In this document: one piece after another, positions 1 to 8,591 of the stretch | How the letters are laid out: each line of letters begins with the position of its first letter | How positions within the stretch are numbered: the first letter of the stretch is position 1 | DNA from: Acaryochloris thomasi RCC1774 | GTDB taxonomy: Bacteria; Cyanobacteriota; Cyanobacteriia; Thermosynechococcales; Thermosynechococcaceae | Assembly: GCF_003231495.1 (NCBI RefSeq) | Contig: NZ_PQWO01000004.1 | Span: 120,001 to 152,000 of the forward strand | Length of the DNA: 32,000 bases | Reading direction: 5' to 3' | The notes under the pieces: generated by a model | What the model was told of the DNA's origin: nothing | Seen by the model: only the letters and a program-made list of their open reading frames with translations | Database searches by the model: none | Made by a program: the position numbers and the translations under genes

Positions 1-357
1 CACAATTGTCTCTGCTTTAGCTACTCCATTGGGCATGATACTTGGCGATTTAAGCGAGATAGTGAGATCTGCGAAGTGAAGGTCAATGGCTCTTTGGTCG
101 CGAATAACTCAGAGGTTTTACGTCAGCTTTGTCTAGAGGGTGCAGGGTTGATTTTGATGCCCACTTGGTTGATTGGCGAGGATATTTGTGAAGGACGTTT
201 GCAGACTGTCTTGGATGATTTTCAGTTTTACCCTCACACAGATGTTGATACTGGCGTTTATGCGCTTTACCTACCCAATCGACGCCACTCTCTGAGAGTG
301 AAGACGTTTGTTGATTACCTGACTCAGCGACTTAGTCATTCATCTGCTTCTGGCTAG
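1..357 (+). CDS. LysR family transcriptional regulator, C-terminal part (5' end lies outside the window)
   Basis: Frame 1 is open from base 1. The translation ...WRFKRDSEICEVKVNGSLVANNSEVLRQLCLEGAGLILMPTWLIGEDICEGRL...YALYLPNRRHSLRVKTFVDYL is a typical LysR substrate-binding domain C-terminus. Confidence 0.85.
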   Translation, partial: HNCLCFSYSIGHDTWRFKRDSEICEVKVNGSLVANNSEVLRQLCLEGAGLILMPTWLIGEDICEGRLQTVLDDFQFYPHTDVDTGVYALYLPNRRHSLRVKTFVDYLTQRLSHSSASG

Positions 358-412
358 ATAAGAAGAAAAACGCTCTAACTAAGTTGACTGCATTTACGGC
401 TCTATAGTCGGC

Positions 413-1324
413 TCAACTCTTCAATCTTTCAATATCTCTCCTGGGTGGCGCACCAAACATACGGGAATATTCACGGCTAAACTGCGAGGGACTTTCATAA
501 CCGATCTGATAGGCCGTCTGAGCCGCATCAGTACTCTCAGTAAGCATCATCTGACGCGCTTTCAATAGTCTTAGCTGTTTTTGGTACTGCAGCGGACTCA
601 TTGAAGTGACCTCTTTAAAGTGGCGATGAAATGACGATGAAGACATATTAGCCTGCTCAGCTAGGGCCTCAACTCGCAGTGGCTTTGTGAAATCAACGTT
701 GATTTGCCTGAGCACCTCAGCAATTCGCTGCATAGTGCTGCCAGATGTGGCGATCTGACGCACCGCTTCGCTTTGTTCACCGATTAGAAGGCGGTAATAG
801 ATTTCACGGATAATCATTGGTGCCAAGAAAGGGATATCCTGTGGCGCGTCCAACAGTTGCGTCAGTCGGGTGGCACAATCAATTAACGGTAAATCGGCAT
901 TATTGACAAATAAGCCTCTCACCGAGTTCTCTTTTTTATCTTTAATCGGTCTGACTTGAGCAATAATGTCGCAGAGTTGAACGGGGTCTAACGTCAGCTT
1001 GAGTCCTAAGTAAGGCTGACTGGTTGTTGCCTCCACCGGAAAGCCACAGATCGGTAAGTCAACTGAAACCACTAGATATTGGGCAACGCCATAGTAATAG
1101 GTTTCATCGTTGAGCAATACTTCTTTTTTGCCCTGAACGATGATAGCAAGGGTTGGTTCACAGACCCCCTGAAGTGTTTTTGCGGTAGATTCCCGCATGA
1201 GGTCTAGTTGATTGATGGCAGTTGTATGCATACCATCTCCCTTGCCGTCAGTATGCCGAGCTACCAATGCCGCTAATTCGCTGCATTTGCTGATTGTCGT
1301 CCTGTGACTCAGTACCTTATCCAC
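413..1324 (-). CDS. AraC family transcriptional regulator (AraC_N-type N-terminal domain plus C-terminal HTH)
   Basis: 303-aa ORF. The C-terminus LAEQANMSSSSFHRHFKEVTSMSPLQYQKQLRLLKARQMM...IGYESPSQFSREYSRMFGAPP is the AraC double-HTH signature. It is divergent from the SDR operon. Confidence 0.9.
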   Translation of the reverse strand: MDKVLSHRTTISKCSELAALVARHTDGKGDGMHTTAINQLDLMRESTAKTLQGVCEPTLAIIVQGKKEVLLNDETYYYGVAQYLVVSVDLPICGFPVEATTSQPYLGLKLTLDPVQLCDIIAQVRPIKDKKENSVRGLFVNNADLPLIDCATRLTQLLDAPQDIPFLAPMIIREIYYRLLIGEQSEAVRQIATSGSTMQRIAEVLRQINVDFTKPLRVEALAEQANMSSSSFHRHFKEVTSMSPLQYQKQLRLLKARQMMLTESTDAAQTAYQIGYESPSQFSREYSRMFGAPPRRDIERLKS

Positions 1325-1501
1325 CGCGTTGAATCCTTCATTGATTTCACTACTCCTGTGATCTCATTGTAGAAAATGTTTTTCTTGCCAATACTCCATT
1401 TGAGAGGATTAGGCAATTATCTGAGAAGTTTGTGTATTTAGCGTCAAGATTTTTGCGCCTACGATGAAACTATGTCAAAAGAACCATGAAAGGATAAGGC
1501 A

Positions 1502-2269
1502 ATGGTAAACGACGCAACAAAAATTGCTTTGGTGACAGGATCGAGCCGGGGGCTGGGCAAAAACACTGCTTTAGCACTGGCAAAAAAAGGAGTGAATGTC
1601 ATCGTCACATATCACAGCAGCGAGGCGGAAGCCGATCGTGTTGTGGCTGCGATCGCAGAACTGGGTCGTGAAGCTGTTGCCCTACAGCTCGACACATCTA
1701 GCACGAAAAACTTTGATGCGTTTGCAGTGCAAATCAAACAAGTCCTGAAAGACAAGTGGCAAACAGAGCAGTTTGACTTCTTGGTCAGCAATGCCGGAAT
1801 TGGCATCAACCAACCCTTTTTAGAGACAACCGAAGCAGACTTTGACTGCCTGATGAATATTCAGTTGAAGGGCGTGTTCTTCTTGACGCAAAAACTGCTG
1901 CCGCTGATCAAGGATGGCGGACGGATTATTAATATCTCATCGGGTCTGGCTCGATTTGCGCTACCAGGATATTCTGCCTATGCCGCAATGAAGGGAGGCA
2001 TCGAGGTGTTGACCCGCTACTTAGCAAAGGAGCTGGGTGAAAGGCAAATTGCCGTCAACACGATCGCTCCTGGTGCCATTGAAACAGATTTCGGCGGCGG
2101 CGCAGTGCGTGACAATCAACAGCTCAATGATTTTGTTGCTTCGCAAACGGCTCTGGGCCGCGTGGGTGTGCCGGACGACATTGGAGGTGCGATCGCATCT
2201 CTACTCTCCGAAGAAAACCGTTGGGTCAACGCCCAGAGGCTTGAAGTCTCTGGCGGCATGTTTATCTAA
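1502..2269 (+). CDS. SDR family oxidoreductase
   Basis: Cofactor-binding motif TGSSRGLG, NAG motif (VSNAGIG), catalytic S...YAAMK, and PGAIETDF, in a 255-aa ORF. Confidence 0.9.
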   Translation: MVNDATKIALVTGSSRGLGKNTALALAKKGVNVIVTYHSSEAEADRVVAAIAELGREAVALQLDTSSTKNFDAFAVQIKQVLKDKWQTEQFDFLVSNAGIGINQPFLETTEADFDCLMNIQLKGVFFLTQKLLPLIKDGGRIINISSGLARFALPGYSAYAAMKGGIEVLTRYLAKELGERQIAVNTIAPGAIETDFGGGAVRDNQQLNDFVASQTALGRVGVPDDIGGAIASLLSEENRWVNAQRLEVSGGMFI

Positions 2270-2316
2270 CTGACTAAACCCCAACAGCAAAAAATATCAG
2301 GGAAGGCATCAAAGCC

Positions 2317-2808
2317 ATGAATCGACTGTTTCTGACCTCAGCAGTAGTGCTAGCCGTAGTGATAGTTTCAGAAACTCAAGCACAGGAGACCGTTCCGCAA
2401 CCGCCAAAAGTCCTAACCCGCCAAGAGCGCGGCGAAAAAGTGATGAATAGCTTTTCACAAGGCCAGGGGCTACCACCACATTTCCAACAGCTCCAAAAGG
2501 ATTTTCCAGAGCTGGCCGATCTAACGCTCAAATATGCTGTGGGTGATATTTGGGGGCGAGAAGTTCTAGACGACAAAACCCGACAACTGGTCTCTCTTGC
2601 CGGGTTTGCCGCAGAAGGGACGATGCCGCAGTTCAAGGTTCATGCCCAATACGCTCTCAACTACGGCGTGACACCAGAAGAGCTGATGGAAGTGATTTAC
2701 ATTACCACCGTTACATCCGGCTACCCCCGCGCTTTAATTGCTGCGGGAACGCTCAAAGAGCTGTTTCAAGAGAACAATGTCAAGTTTCCGGTTACGTCGC
2801 AGCAGTAG
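2317..2808 (+). CDS. carboxymuconolactone decarboxylase (CMD/AhpD-like) family protein with an N-terminal signal peptide
   Basis: Signal-like N-terminus MNRLFLTSAVVLAVVIVSETQAQE. The CMD-like core is GDIWGREVLDDKTRQLVSLAGFAAEG...ALNYGVTPEELMEVIYIT. Confidence 0.75.
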   Translation: MNRLFLTSAVVLAVVIVSETQAQETVPQPPKVLTRQERGEKVMNSFSQGQGLPPHFQQLQKDFPELADLTLKYAVGDIWGREVLDDKTRQLVSLAGFAAEGTMPQFKVHAQYALNYGVTPEELMEVIYITTVTSGYPRALIAAGTLKELFQENNVKFPVTSQQ

Positions 2809-2817
2809 GAGATTTCA

Positions 2818-3552
2818 ATGTCGAACTTAAATGGAAAGGTCATTGCGATTACTGGAGCCAGTAGCGGCATCGGTGAAGCTAGCGCCAAGTTACTCGCCGA
2901 AAATGGTGCAAAGGTTGTTCTAGGCGCACGGCGAATCGAAAAATTAGAGCAGATTGTCGAGGAGATCCGTGAACACGGCGGCACGGCGAAATGCAAAGCC
3001 GTGGATGTCACCCGTCGCGAGGATGTAAAAGCGTTTATTGAGTTTGCTAAAGACCAGTTTGGTCGTGTTGATGTCATCTTCAACAATGCAGGTGTCATGC
3101 CCTTATCTCCGTTGAACGCCTTGAAAGTCGAGGAATGGGATAACACGATCAACGTGAATGTTCACGGCGTATTGAACGGAATTGCAGCCGGTCTCCCCAT
3201 TATGGAAGCCCAGGGCGGCGGGCACTTTATCAATACTGCATCCATCGGCGCACATGCAGTCTCGCCCACTGCGGCGGTTTACTGTGCAACTAAGTATGCC
3301 GTTTGGGCTATCTCCGAAGGGCTGCGGCAGGAATCGAAGAACATCCGCGTGACTACACTCTCTCCTGGTGTCGTCGAGACGGAACTCGGCTCAGATATTA
3401 CAGATGAATCAGCCCAAGACTTTTTGAAGGAACTCCGTAAGAATGCCCTTAGTTCGGATGCGATCGCAAAGGCCGTTTTGTATGCTGTGTCCCAGACCGA
3501 TGATGTCGATGTCAATGAGGTGATTGTCCGCCCAACCACAAGCACATTCTAA
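2818..3552 (+). CDS. SDR family oxidoreductase
   Basis: TGASSGIGEA, NNAG, and S...YCATKYAV catalytic motifs. It starts 10 nt after the CMD gene, so the two are probably co-transcribed. Confidence 0.9.
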   Translation: MSNLNGKVIAITGASSGIGEASAKLLAENGAKVVLGARRIEKLEQIVEEIREHGGTAKCKAVDVTRREDVKAFIEFAKDQFGRVDVIFNNAGVMPLSPLNALKVEEWDNTINVNVHGVLNGIAAGLPIMEAQGGGHFINTASIGAHAVSPTAAVYCATKYAVWAISEGLRQESKNIRVTTLSPGVVETELGSDITDESAQDFLKELRKNALSSDAIAKAVLYAVSQTDDVDVNEVIVRPTTSTF

Positions 3553-3568
3553 GCAAAAGGAAGTTCAG

Positions 3569-3656
3569 CGATTCAAACGAGACAGTGAGCTCTGCGAAGT
3601 GAAAGCCAATGGGGTTTTTTTTCGCTAATGACTCAGAAGTTCTGCGGCAGATTTGA
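3569..3656 (+). pseudogene. LysR regulator fragment (about 88 bp remnant, frameshifted)
   Basis: It reads RFKRDSELCEVKANG, then a T-run frameshift, then ANDSEVLRQI. By eye it is roughly three-quarters identical in nucleotides to bases 45-131 of the LysR gene at the left edge. Confidence 0.7.
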
Positions 3657-3672
3657 CAATATCTCCAGCCAA

Positions 3673-4584
3673 TTAAGCGAGTGATGACTTGTCTGTTTCT
3701 GTCTTCACCAGACGTGGATAGACAATATCTGCCGTTAGGACGAGCAACAAATGAAACGGCAGGATGAGCAGCGTAAGGGTCGAAAATCTTGCTACGCCTA
3801 ATGCAGCCTCAATCGGTTTGGGCTGAGGTTTTAACCAGTCGAATGCGGTCTTCAAAAATTCTAAGACCTGCACTCTACCATCGATGCATTGCCAAGGACT
3901 GTGAGCCACGATCAAATGCTCTGGTTCCCAGGCTTGAACGTTTGCGAAGGCTTGGCGCAGAGATTCACGGCCAAAGGAGTGTACAAGCTGTATTCCCCGT
4001 GGCGAGTGGCGATACATCTGGTTCCACCGCGTCGTAACCCGAGAGATGCCTGAGAACATCTCGGGGTCAAAATCCATAATCATGTCGGTGAAGATCACCG
4101 TTCGTGACTGGCAATGAAAAAAGACAATCTCGTCCAGCCAGCCGTTCCAGGATTTAAAGTTGAGCTGTTCAATCTGGCCCTCCCATTCGGGTTCTGGTAC
4201 ACCAGTAGACAGGGTTGTTTCAAACGTCAAGTCTTTGCGCTTTGGCGGCAGTCCCGGAGAAGCGTATAGTTTGGCATCGGGGTAGGCTGCACTCCAGTCT
4301 GACAGGCGTAAATGGTGAATATGGTTAGGGGAGACCAAATATTTGACCGTTCCAAGGGCATCAATCTCGTTGCGAATGGCCGGATTTAGCGCGATCGGAG
4401 AATGGATAAACAGGCTGCCATCTTCGAGGCGGATGACAACAGTACGGTGTGTGTAGGGATAGCGAGGTTGTGCCGGTGGCCGGTAGTAGACGAAGTTATC
4501 TGCCTTAAGGGTCCAAATGTTGGCAGCGACTTCAATCAGAGGACTCTTTACATCACTGGGAATGGGGCGCAGTCCAAGTTCCAT
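3673..4584 (-). CDS. DUF4336-like (metallo-beta-lactamase-fold) protein with a C-terminal hydrophobic tail
   Basis: 303-aa ORF. The motif TVKYLVSPNHIHHLRLSDWSAAYPDAKLYASPG matches my memory of the DUF4336 family found in cyanobacteria and plants. The C-terminus RFSTLTLLILPFHLLLVLTADIV looks transmembrane. Confidence 0.6.
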   Translation of the reverse strand: MELGLRPIPSDVKSPLIEVAANIWTLKADNFVYYRPPAQPRYPYTHRTVVIRLEDGSLFIHSPIALNPAIRNEIDALGTVKYLVSPNHIHHLRLSDWSAAYPDAKLYASPGLPPKRKDLTFETTLSTGVPEPEWEGQIEQLNFKSWNGWLDEIVFFHCQSRTVIFTDMIMDFDPEMFSGISRVTTRWNQMYRHSPRGIQLVHSFGRESLRQAFANVQAWEPEHLIVAHSPWQCIDGRVQVLEFLKTAFDWLKPQPKPIEAALGVARFSTLTLLILPFHLLLVLTADIVYPRLVKTETDKSSLA

Positions 4585-4907
4585 CCGGTACCCTCTCTTT
4601 AGAATGCGACAGATTTAATTAGAGCCTTAATCGCATTATCCCCCGAGTCAACGGTCTAAGACCAAGAGGGTTGGTTAAAGTCTGCGATCGCTAAATCCAC
4701 AAACGCTCTAACCTTCGGTGTCATATATCGACTCGAAGTAAACAGTGCAGAAACCGGTACGGCTACTCTCTCCCAGTCTGTACCGAAGCAGTCCGCGAGG
4801 CTCTCCCTGGGCACGGGCAATGCAGGCTTTCGAGACGACTGACCACGCGGCTCACATGCGCCTTGTCTTTACCTAAGTGTATTGGCCCAGTCTGGACACG
4901 ATGCTAG

Positions 4908-5021
4908 CCGAGGTCGGCGACCCTGCTAAATTGCGCCGATGGTTGTGCCTATCTGGCATCAGAGGTGGCAGGCTATATTACTGGGATGAGCCTGACCATT
5001 GACGGCGGTGTCAATGTCTAA
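4908..5021 (+). pseudogene. SDR C-terminal remnant
   Basis: An open stretch encodes ...ADGCAYLASEVAGYITGMSLTIDGGVNV*, the canonical SDR C-terminus, but there is no upstream gene body. Stops and frameshifts lie upstream, with faint SDR-like traces back to about 4700. Confidence 0.65.
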
Positions 5022-5308
5022 GCCTCTCGCTTCTCCTGAATGGCCTGCCGAAACCCCAGGACAATGAAAATGTTGGAGAGTGTTAGAAACACTTCTGCTC
5101 CGCCATGTAAAAAGTCAACATCGGCTAGGGTCAGGCCATATTTTTGAAGTGCATACACCCCTGCTGGAATTGTCACTGCAACGAATAGCAGCGTTAGGTA
5201 AAAGCCAATTATCGCTAGGCGAGGAAACAGGCCCGATTTGGTCACGACCCATAAAAAGCCTAGATAGGGAAAGAGTGACAGTGCAAAGAGGGTGTCCTTA
5301 GAAATCAT
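5018..5308 (-). CDS. DUF3593-like small membrane protein
   Basis: 96 aa with three hydrophobic helices. It is adjacent to a DUF2499/Ycf49-like gene, a pairing conserved in cyanobacteria and plastid lineages. Confidence 0.7.
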   Translation of the reverse strand: MISKDTLFALSLFPYLGFLWVVTKSGLFPRLAIIGFYLTLLFVAVTIPAGVYALQKYGLTLADVDFLHGGAEVFLTLSNIFIVLGFRQAIQEKREA

Positions 5309-5351
5309 GATTGGGGTTCAAGACTCGATAAATATCAGAAGATCAGGGAAA

Positions 5352-5666
5352 TTAGGCTGTACCTTCCTGCGCCGCTTTATGCTGACGCCAGATCCACCAG
5401 GCGGCAAGCCAAACGGTGGTGTTACCCACAACGGTCATGAACGCTTGAAGCGTTACCATCCATTCGAGCTGGGGAGGGTTGTCGAAAAAGTGCCAGGTGA
5501 TTGCGCACATGGCACTTATAAGCAAAGGCAGCATTGCTAAGGAGAGCCACCGCCAGCTTTTGTTTTGGGTGACGTCGCCGTAGGTCCAGATCAGCCAAAT
5601 TGCAACGAGCCACTCAACCACGCTTGATATGTGGATAATCCAGGTTGGAATTGAGAGCGCGTGCAT
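5352..5666 (-). CDS. DUF2499 / Ycf49-like membrane protein
   Basis: 104 aa, Trp-rich and hydrophobic: IPTWIIHISSVVEWLVAIWLIW...WHFFDN...WLAAWWIW. Confidence 0.7.
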   Translation of the reverse strand: MHALSIPTWIIHISSVVEWLVAIWLIWTYGDVTQNKSWRWLSLAMLPLLISAMCAITWHFFDNPPQLEWMVTLQAFMTVVGNTTVWLAAWWIWRQHKAAQEGTA

Positions 5667-5725
5667 GGCAAGGTCCGTGTGAGTCTAGGATAATCTTACA
5701 GAACTGTGGTGGTAGGAGTGACGGT

Positions 5726-6769
5726 GTGCAGAAGATCCAGGCGGTTTTATGTGGCTACTATGGCTTTGGGAATGGCGGAGATGAGGCGTTGCTGGCGGCG
5801 CTGCTGCAGATGCTGCCGGAGCATGTGACGCCGCTGGTGTTGTCCAGTGACCCAGCCGCAACAGAGAAGCTGCACGGCGTTGAGAGTTGCGATCGCAACC
5901 ACTTTTCCACCGTCTTTTCTGCCCTGCGGTCCTCTCAAGCCTTCATCTGGGGCGGCGGTAGCTTAATCCAAGACGCCACCAGCGCTTTAAGTCCGGTTTA
6001 CTATACAGGACTCATGTTTCTGGCTCAAAGGCTCGGACTTAAAACAATTGCTTGGGCGCAGGGGATTGGTCCCCTTAACTATCGTCGCAATCGCTGGCTA
6101 GCAAAGCAAACCTTTAAGGGCTGTGCAGGGGTTAGCGTTCGCGATCGCAACTCCACTCAATTCATCCAAGATTGGAAGCTGCAGGCCAGCCAAGCCCCTG
6201 ACCCCGTTTGGGCGCTGGACGCCACCTCTGTTTATCGGCGGGTCGAACTCCCCAACCCTCGCATTGCCGTGTCGCTGCGTGCTCACCCCCTGTTGACACC
6301 GCAGCGACTGCAGCACCTAAGCGAAGCGTTAGTGCTGTTCCAGAATCAAACTCAAGCCTCGATTCTGCTGCTGCCCTTTCAGCCCCGCCAAGATCTAGAC
6401 ATCGCCCAAGCGCTGCAGAAACAGCTCCAAGGGCCGAGTCAGGTGCTGCAGCTCAGCGATCCGCGTCAGCTCAAAGGCGTTTTTCAGACCGTAGATATGA
6501 CCATTGCCATGCGCCTCCATGCTTTGATTATGGCTGCGGCAGAAGGCTGTCGCTGCGTGGGTTTGAGCTATGACCCCAAGGTAATGCAGCTCATGACAGA
6601 TATCGACTGTCCCGGCTGGGAACTTGAAGATTTGCCCACTCAACCGCAGACGATTAGTCAAGTTTGGGTTGAGCACTATCGTCAGGGACAGGGGCTGACC
6701 GAAGCCAGCAGGAATGGACGATGCAGCCAAGCTTTAGAACATCAAAAGATTTTAGAGCAGGTGCTTTAG
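5726..6769 (+). CDS. csaB: polysaccharide pyruvyl transferase CsaB
   Basis: The N-terminus VQKIQAVLCGYYGFGNGGDEALLAALLQMLP is the CsaB hallmark. The longest ORF starts at 5645 but overlaps the DUF2499 gene, so the GTG at 5726 is the more plausible start. Confidence 0.8.
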   Translation: MQKIQAVLCGYYGFGNGGDEALLAALLQMLPEHVTPLVLSSDPAATEKLHGVESCDRNHFSTVFSALRSSQAFIWGGGSLIQDATSALSPVYYTGLMFLAQRLGLKTIAWAQGIGPLNYRRNRWLAKQTFKGCAGVSVRDRNSTQFIQDWKLQASQAPDPVWALDATSVYRRVELPNPRIAVSLRAHPLLTPQRLQHLSEALVLFQNQTQASILLLPFQPRQDLDIAQALQKQLQGPSQVLQLSDPRQLKGVFQTVDMTIAMRLHALIMAAAEGCRCVGLSYDPKVMQLMTDIDCPGWELEDLPTQPQTISQVWVEHYRQGQGLTEASRNGRCSQALEHQKILEQVL

Positions 6770-6825
6770 CGCTCTGCCACTGCAGTCAGCTACGTGACAC
6801 CGCCTGAATTTCATCATGAAGACGG

Positions 6826-7200
6826 CTATCGCAGTCGTGATAAGTGACGTTCGGCTAGCCAATACCCCAACCCCACACCCAAAAAGCTCATGACCAGATC
6901 GAGGCCATCGAAGCTGCGATTAGGTGAAAAAGCCTGCAGTCCCTCCTCAACGAGTGTAAAGCTCCCAAAGGCAATCACCCAGAGCGGCAGACGGAACCGT
7001 CCAATCCGTTGCCAGCGCAGCACCCGATGCCCCAGGTAGGTGGCAATGCCGTAAATAATCAAATGTCCAGGCTTATCGTAGTTGGGAATAATCGCGAGCT
7101 GTGGCGGTAGGTTGCCGGTGTAGGCCACCACTAATAGGACGCTAAAAGCTACTGCATACAGGAGTCCAAGAGCGATCCAACATCCTTTTTGCTCTTTCAT
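6826..7200 (-). CDS. VanZ-like family membrane protein
   Basis: 124 aa with four hydrophobic segments. It has DKPGHLIIYG and EEGLQAFSPNRSFDGLDLVMSFLGVGLG motifs, as in VanZ-like proteins. Confidence 0.65.
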   Translation of the reverse strand: MKEQKGCWIALGLLYAVAFSVLLVVAYTGNLPPQLAIIPNYDKPGHLIIYGIATYLGHRVLRWQRIGRFRLPLWVIAFGSFTLVEEGLQAFSPNRSFDGLDLVMSFLGVGLGYWLAERHLSRLR

Positions 7201-7425
7201 AATCTGTGATCGATGCCTTGTTTATCTCAGCGTGCCCTCATTGCCTGACGTAGGCCCCAGGTCATCCGTTAAAGACTGAAACCGTGTTGAGAGACTGTCA
7301 ACACGTATAACTTTGATGAAATGCAAAAGCTATACAGAAAGAAAACACATCGCATACCTGCACTTGGGGCATTCTATAAGTAGACATATTTGTCTTTTCA
7401 TCTATCTGGGGAACACCACAGCTAT

Positions 7426-7460
7426 GCTCTGACATTGGTTCTGTCAGGGCATTTTTTTTA
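7426..7460 (+). terminator. orphan rho-independent terminator-like hairpin
   Basis: GCTCTGACA-TTGGTTC-TGTCAGGGC forms a 9-bp stem including one G-U pair. It is followed by A-TTTTTTTT-A. No plus-strand gene ends within about 650 bp upstream. Confidence 0.5.
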
Positions 7461-7485
7461 TTCACAATAGAGAACTCTACTTATC

Positions 7486-7915
7486 TTGGCTAGAGAAGCT
7501 GAACCCGGCAGTATGCTGACGCTGAGCGATAAAACCTTTGAACTTCAGCCGTTTCATTTCCACACTCCCAGTGAGCATACGGTAGAAGATGAGACTTTCC
7601 CGATGGTGGTTTATTTGGTTCACCAGAGCGCTGAGGGGAGGCTGGCTGTGCTGGGGGTGTTCTTGAAAGAGGGCTAAGTCAATGGGGATTTACAGCCGAT
7701 TTGGGATGCAATGCCCGCTCGAAAGCAGCTAGAAATATTGCTACTTCGGGTCTCTTACCACGCCGCCCTGTTCAGAAGTTGTACAGTGGGTGGTTTTTCA
7801 AGAAGCGCTAGAAATTTCCCAAGCTCAGATTGACCCATTCAAGCAAAGCTTTCCGCTCAAGGCTCGGCCGGTGCAGCCTTTAAACCGGCAATTCTTACTG
7901 GAAGAGGTGCCCTAA
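7486..7915 (+). pseudogene. alpha-carbonic anhydrase (EcaA-like) pseudogene
   Basis: FELQPFHFHTPSEHTVEDETFPMVVYLVH...LAVLGVFLKEG is followed by an in-frame TAA at 7675-7677. The frame then changes to YFGSLTTPPCSEVVQWVVFQEALEISQAQIDPF...ARPVQPLNRQ. About 100 N-terminal residues, including any signal peptide, are missing, and there is an internal deletion. Confidence 0.85.
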
Positions 7916-7918
7916 ACG

Positions 7919-8488
7919 CTAGCGTCCTTGCTCTCGCGCATGAGAGATACCGCCATAGGGCTGCAGCAAGTGCTCCACAGCCTGATCAAAATAGACGATA
8001 TCTTTCATGCAGACCGCCATCATCATCGCTCCCTGCAGCCCCGCCACTAACGTTGCAGCCTGACTCTGACGCTCTGCAAGCGCCACTTTGGCAGGCAGCA
8101 CCTCAGCAACCCAGTCCATATTTCCTTGCAAGAACCGCTGTACAGCCTTAACCACAGGCTCCGGTAAACCACCGCTTTCGACCCCTAACATACCGCAAAG
8201 ACAGAGGGTATCGTTGGCGACTAATGAGGCTCGATAAAGGCCGCAGAACTCCTGTAAACAGAGGGCCGCAGAGTCTTGAGACACGCGAGCTAATGCCGCC
8301 TCAAACTGCTCTGTATAGCGATGGACAAGGGCAACGCCCAGATCCTCTTTTTGGCGAAAGTAGTAATGCACGCTAGAGCTTTTAATGCCCAAATCCTCCG
8401 CTAAATCCCGGAAGCTGACGGCATGATAGCCAGAGGTGCGGATGCGCTGCTCTGCAGCGTCTAACAGGCGGTTGATCGTATCGGCCAT
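7919..8488 (-). CDS. TetR/AcrR family transcriptional regulator
   Basis: N-terminal HTH RTSGYHAVSFRDLAEDLGIKSSSVHYYFRQKEDL. It is divergent from the GST gene. Confidence 0.9.
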   Translation of the reverse strand: MADTINRLLDAAEQRIRTSGYHAVSFRDLAEDLGIKSSSVHYYFRQKEDLGVALVHRYTEQFEAALARVSQDSAALCLQEFCGLYRASLVANDTLCLCGMLGVESGGLPEPVVKAVQRFLQGNMDWVAEVLPAKVALAERQSQAATLVAGLQGAMMMAVCMKDIVYFDQAVEHLLQPYGGISHAREQGR

Positions 8489-8558
8489 TCATTCACTGTG
8501 ACATTGCCCCTCTCTGAGTATAAATAGCCTTGACAAAGATTGATGGGATCGGTCATTG

Positions 8559-8578
8559 TCTATCTATCGATAGATAGA
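8559..8578. promoter_or_regulatory. perfect 20-bp palindrome, candidate TetR operator
   Basis: TCTATCTATCGATAGATAGA is its own reverse complement. It lies 14 bp upstream of the GST start and follows a TTGACA hexamer at 8530-8535. Confidence 0.6.
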
Positions 8579-8591
8579 GAGTGCTTCTAGT

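Noticed and set aside
5645-5725. Longer start for csaB at 5645
   Set aside because: It overlaps the start of the DUF2499 gene, and the extra residues are not CsaB-like. The GTG at 5726 gives the conserved N-terminus directly.
6098-6730. ORFs 6098..6316(-), 6208..6573(+) and 6395..6730(-) inside csaB
   Set aside because: They are alternative-frame or antisense ORFs within a gene that has a clear CsaB signature. Their Ala/Arg/Pro-rich translations are characteristic of off-frame reading of GC-rich coding DNA.
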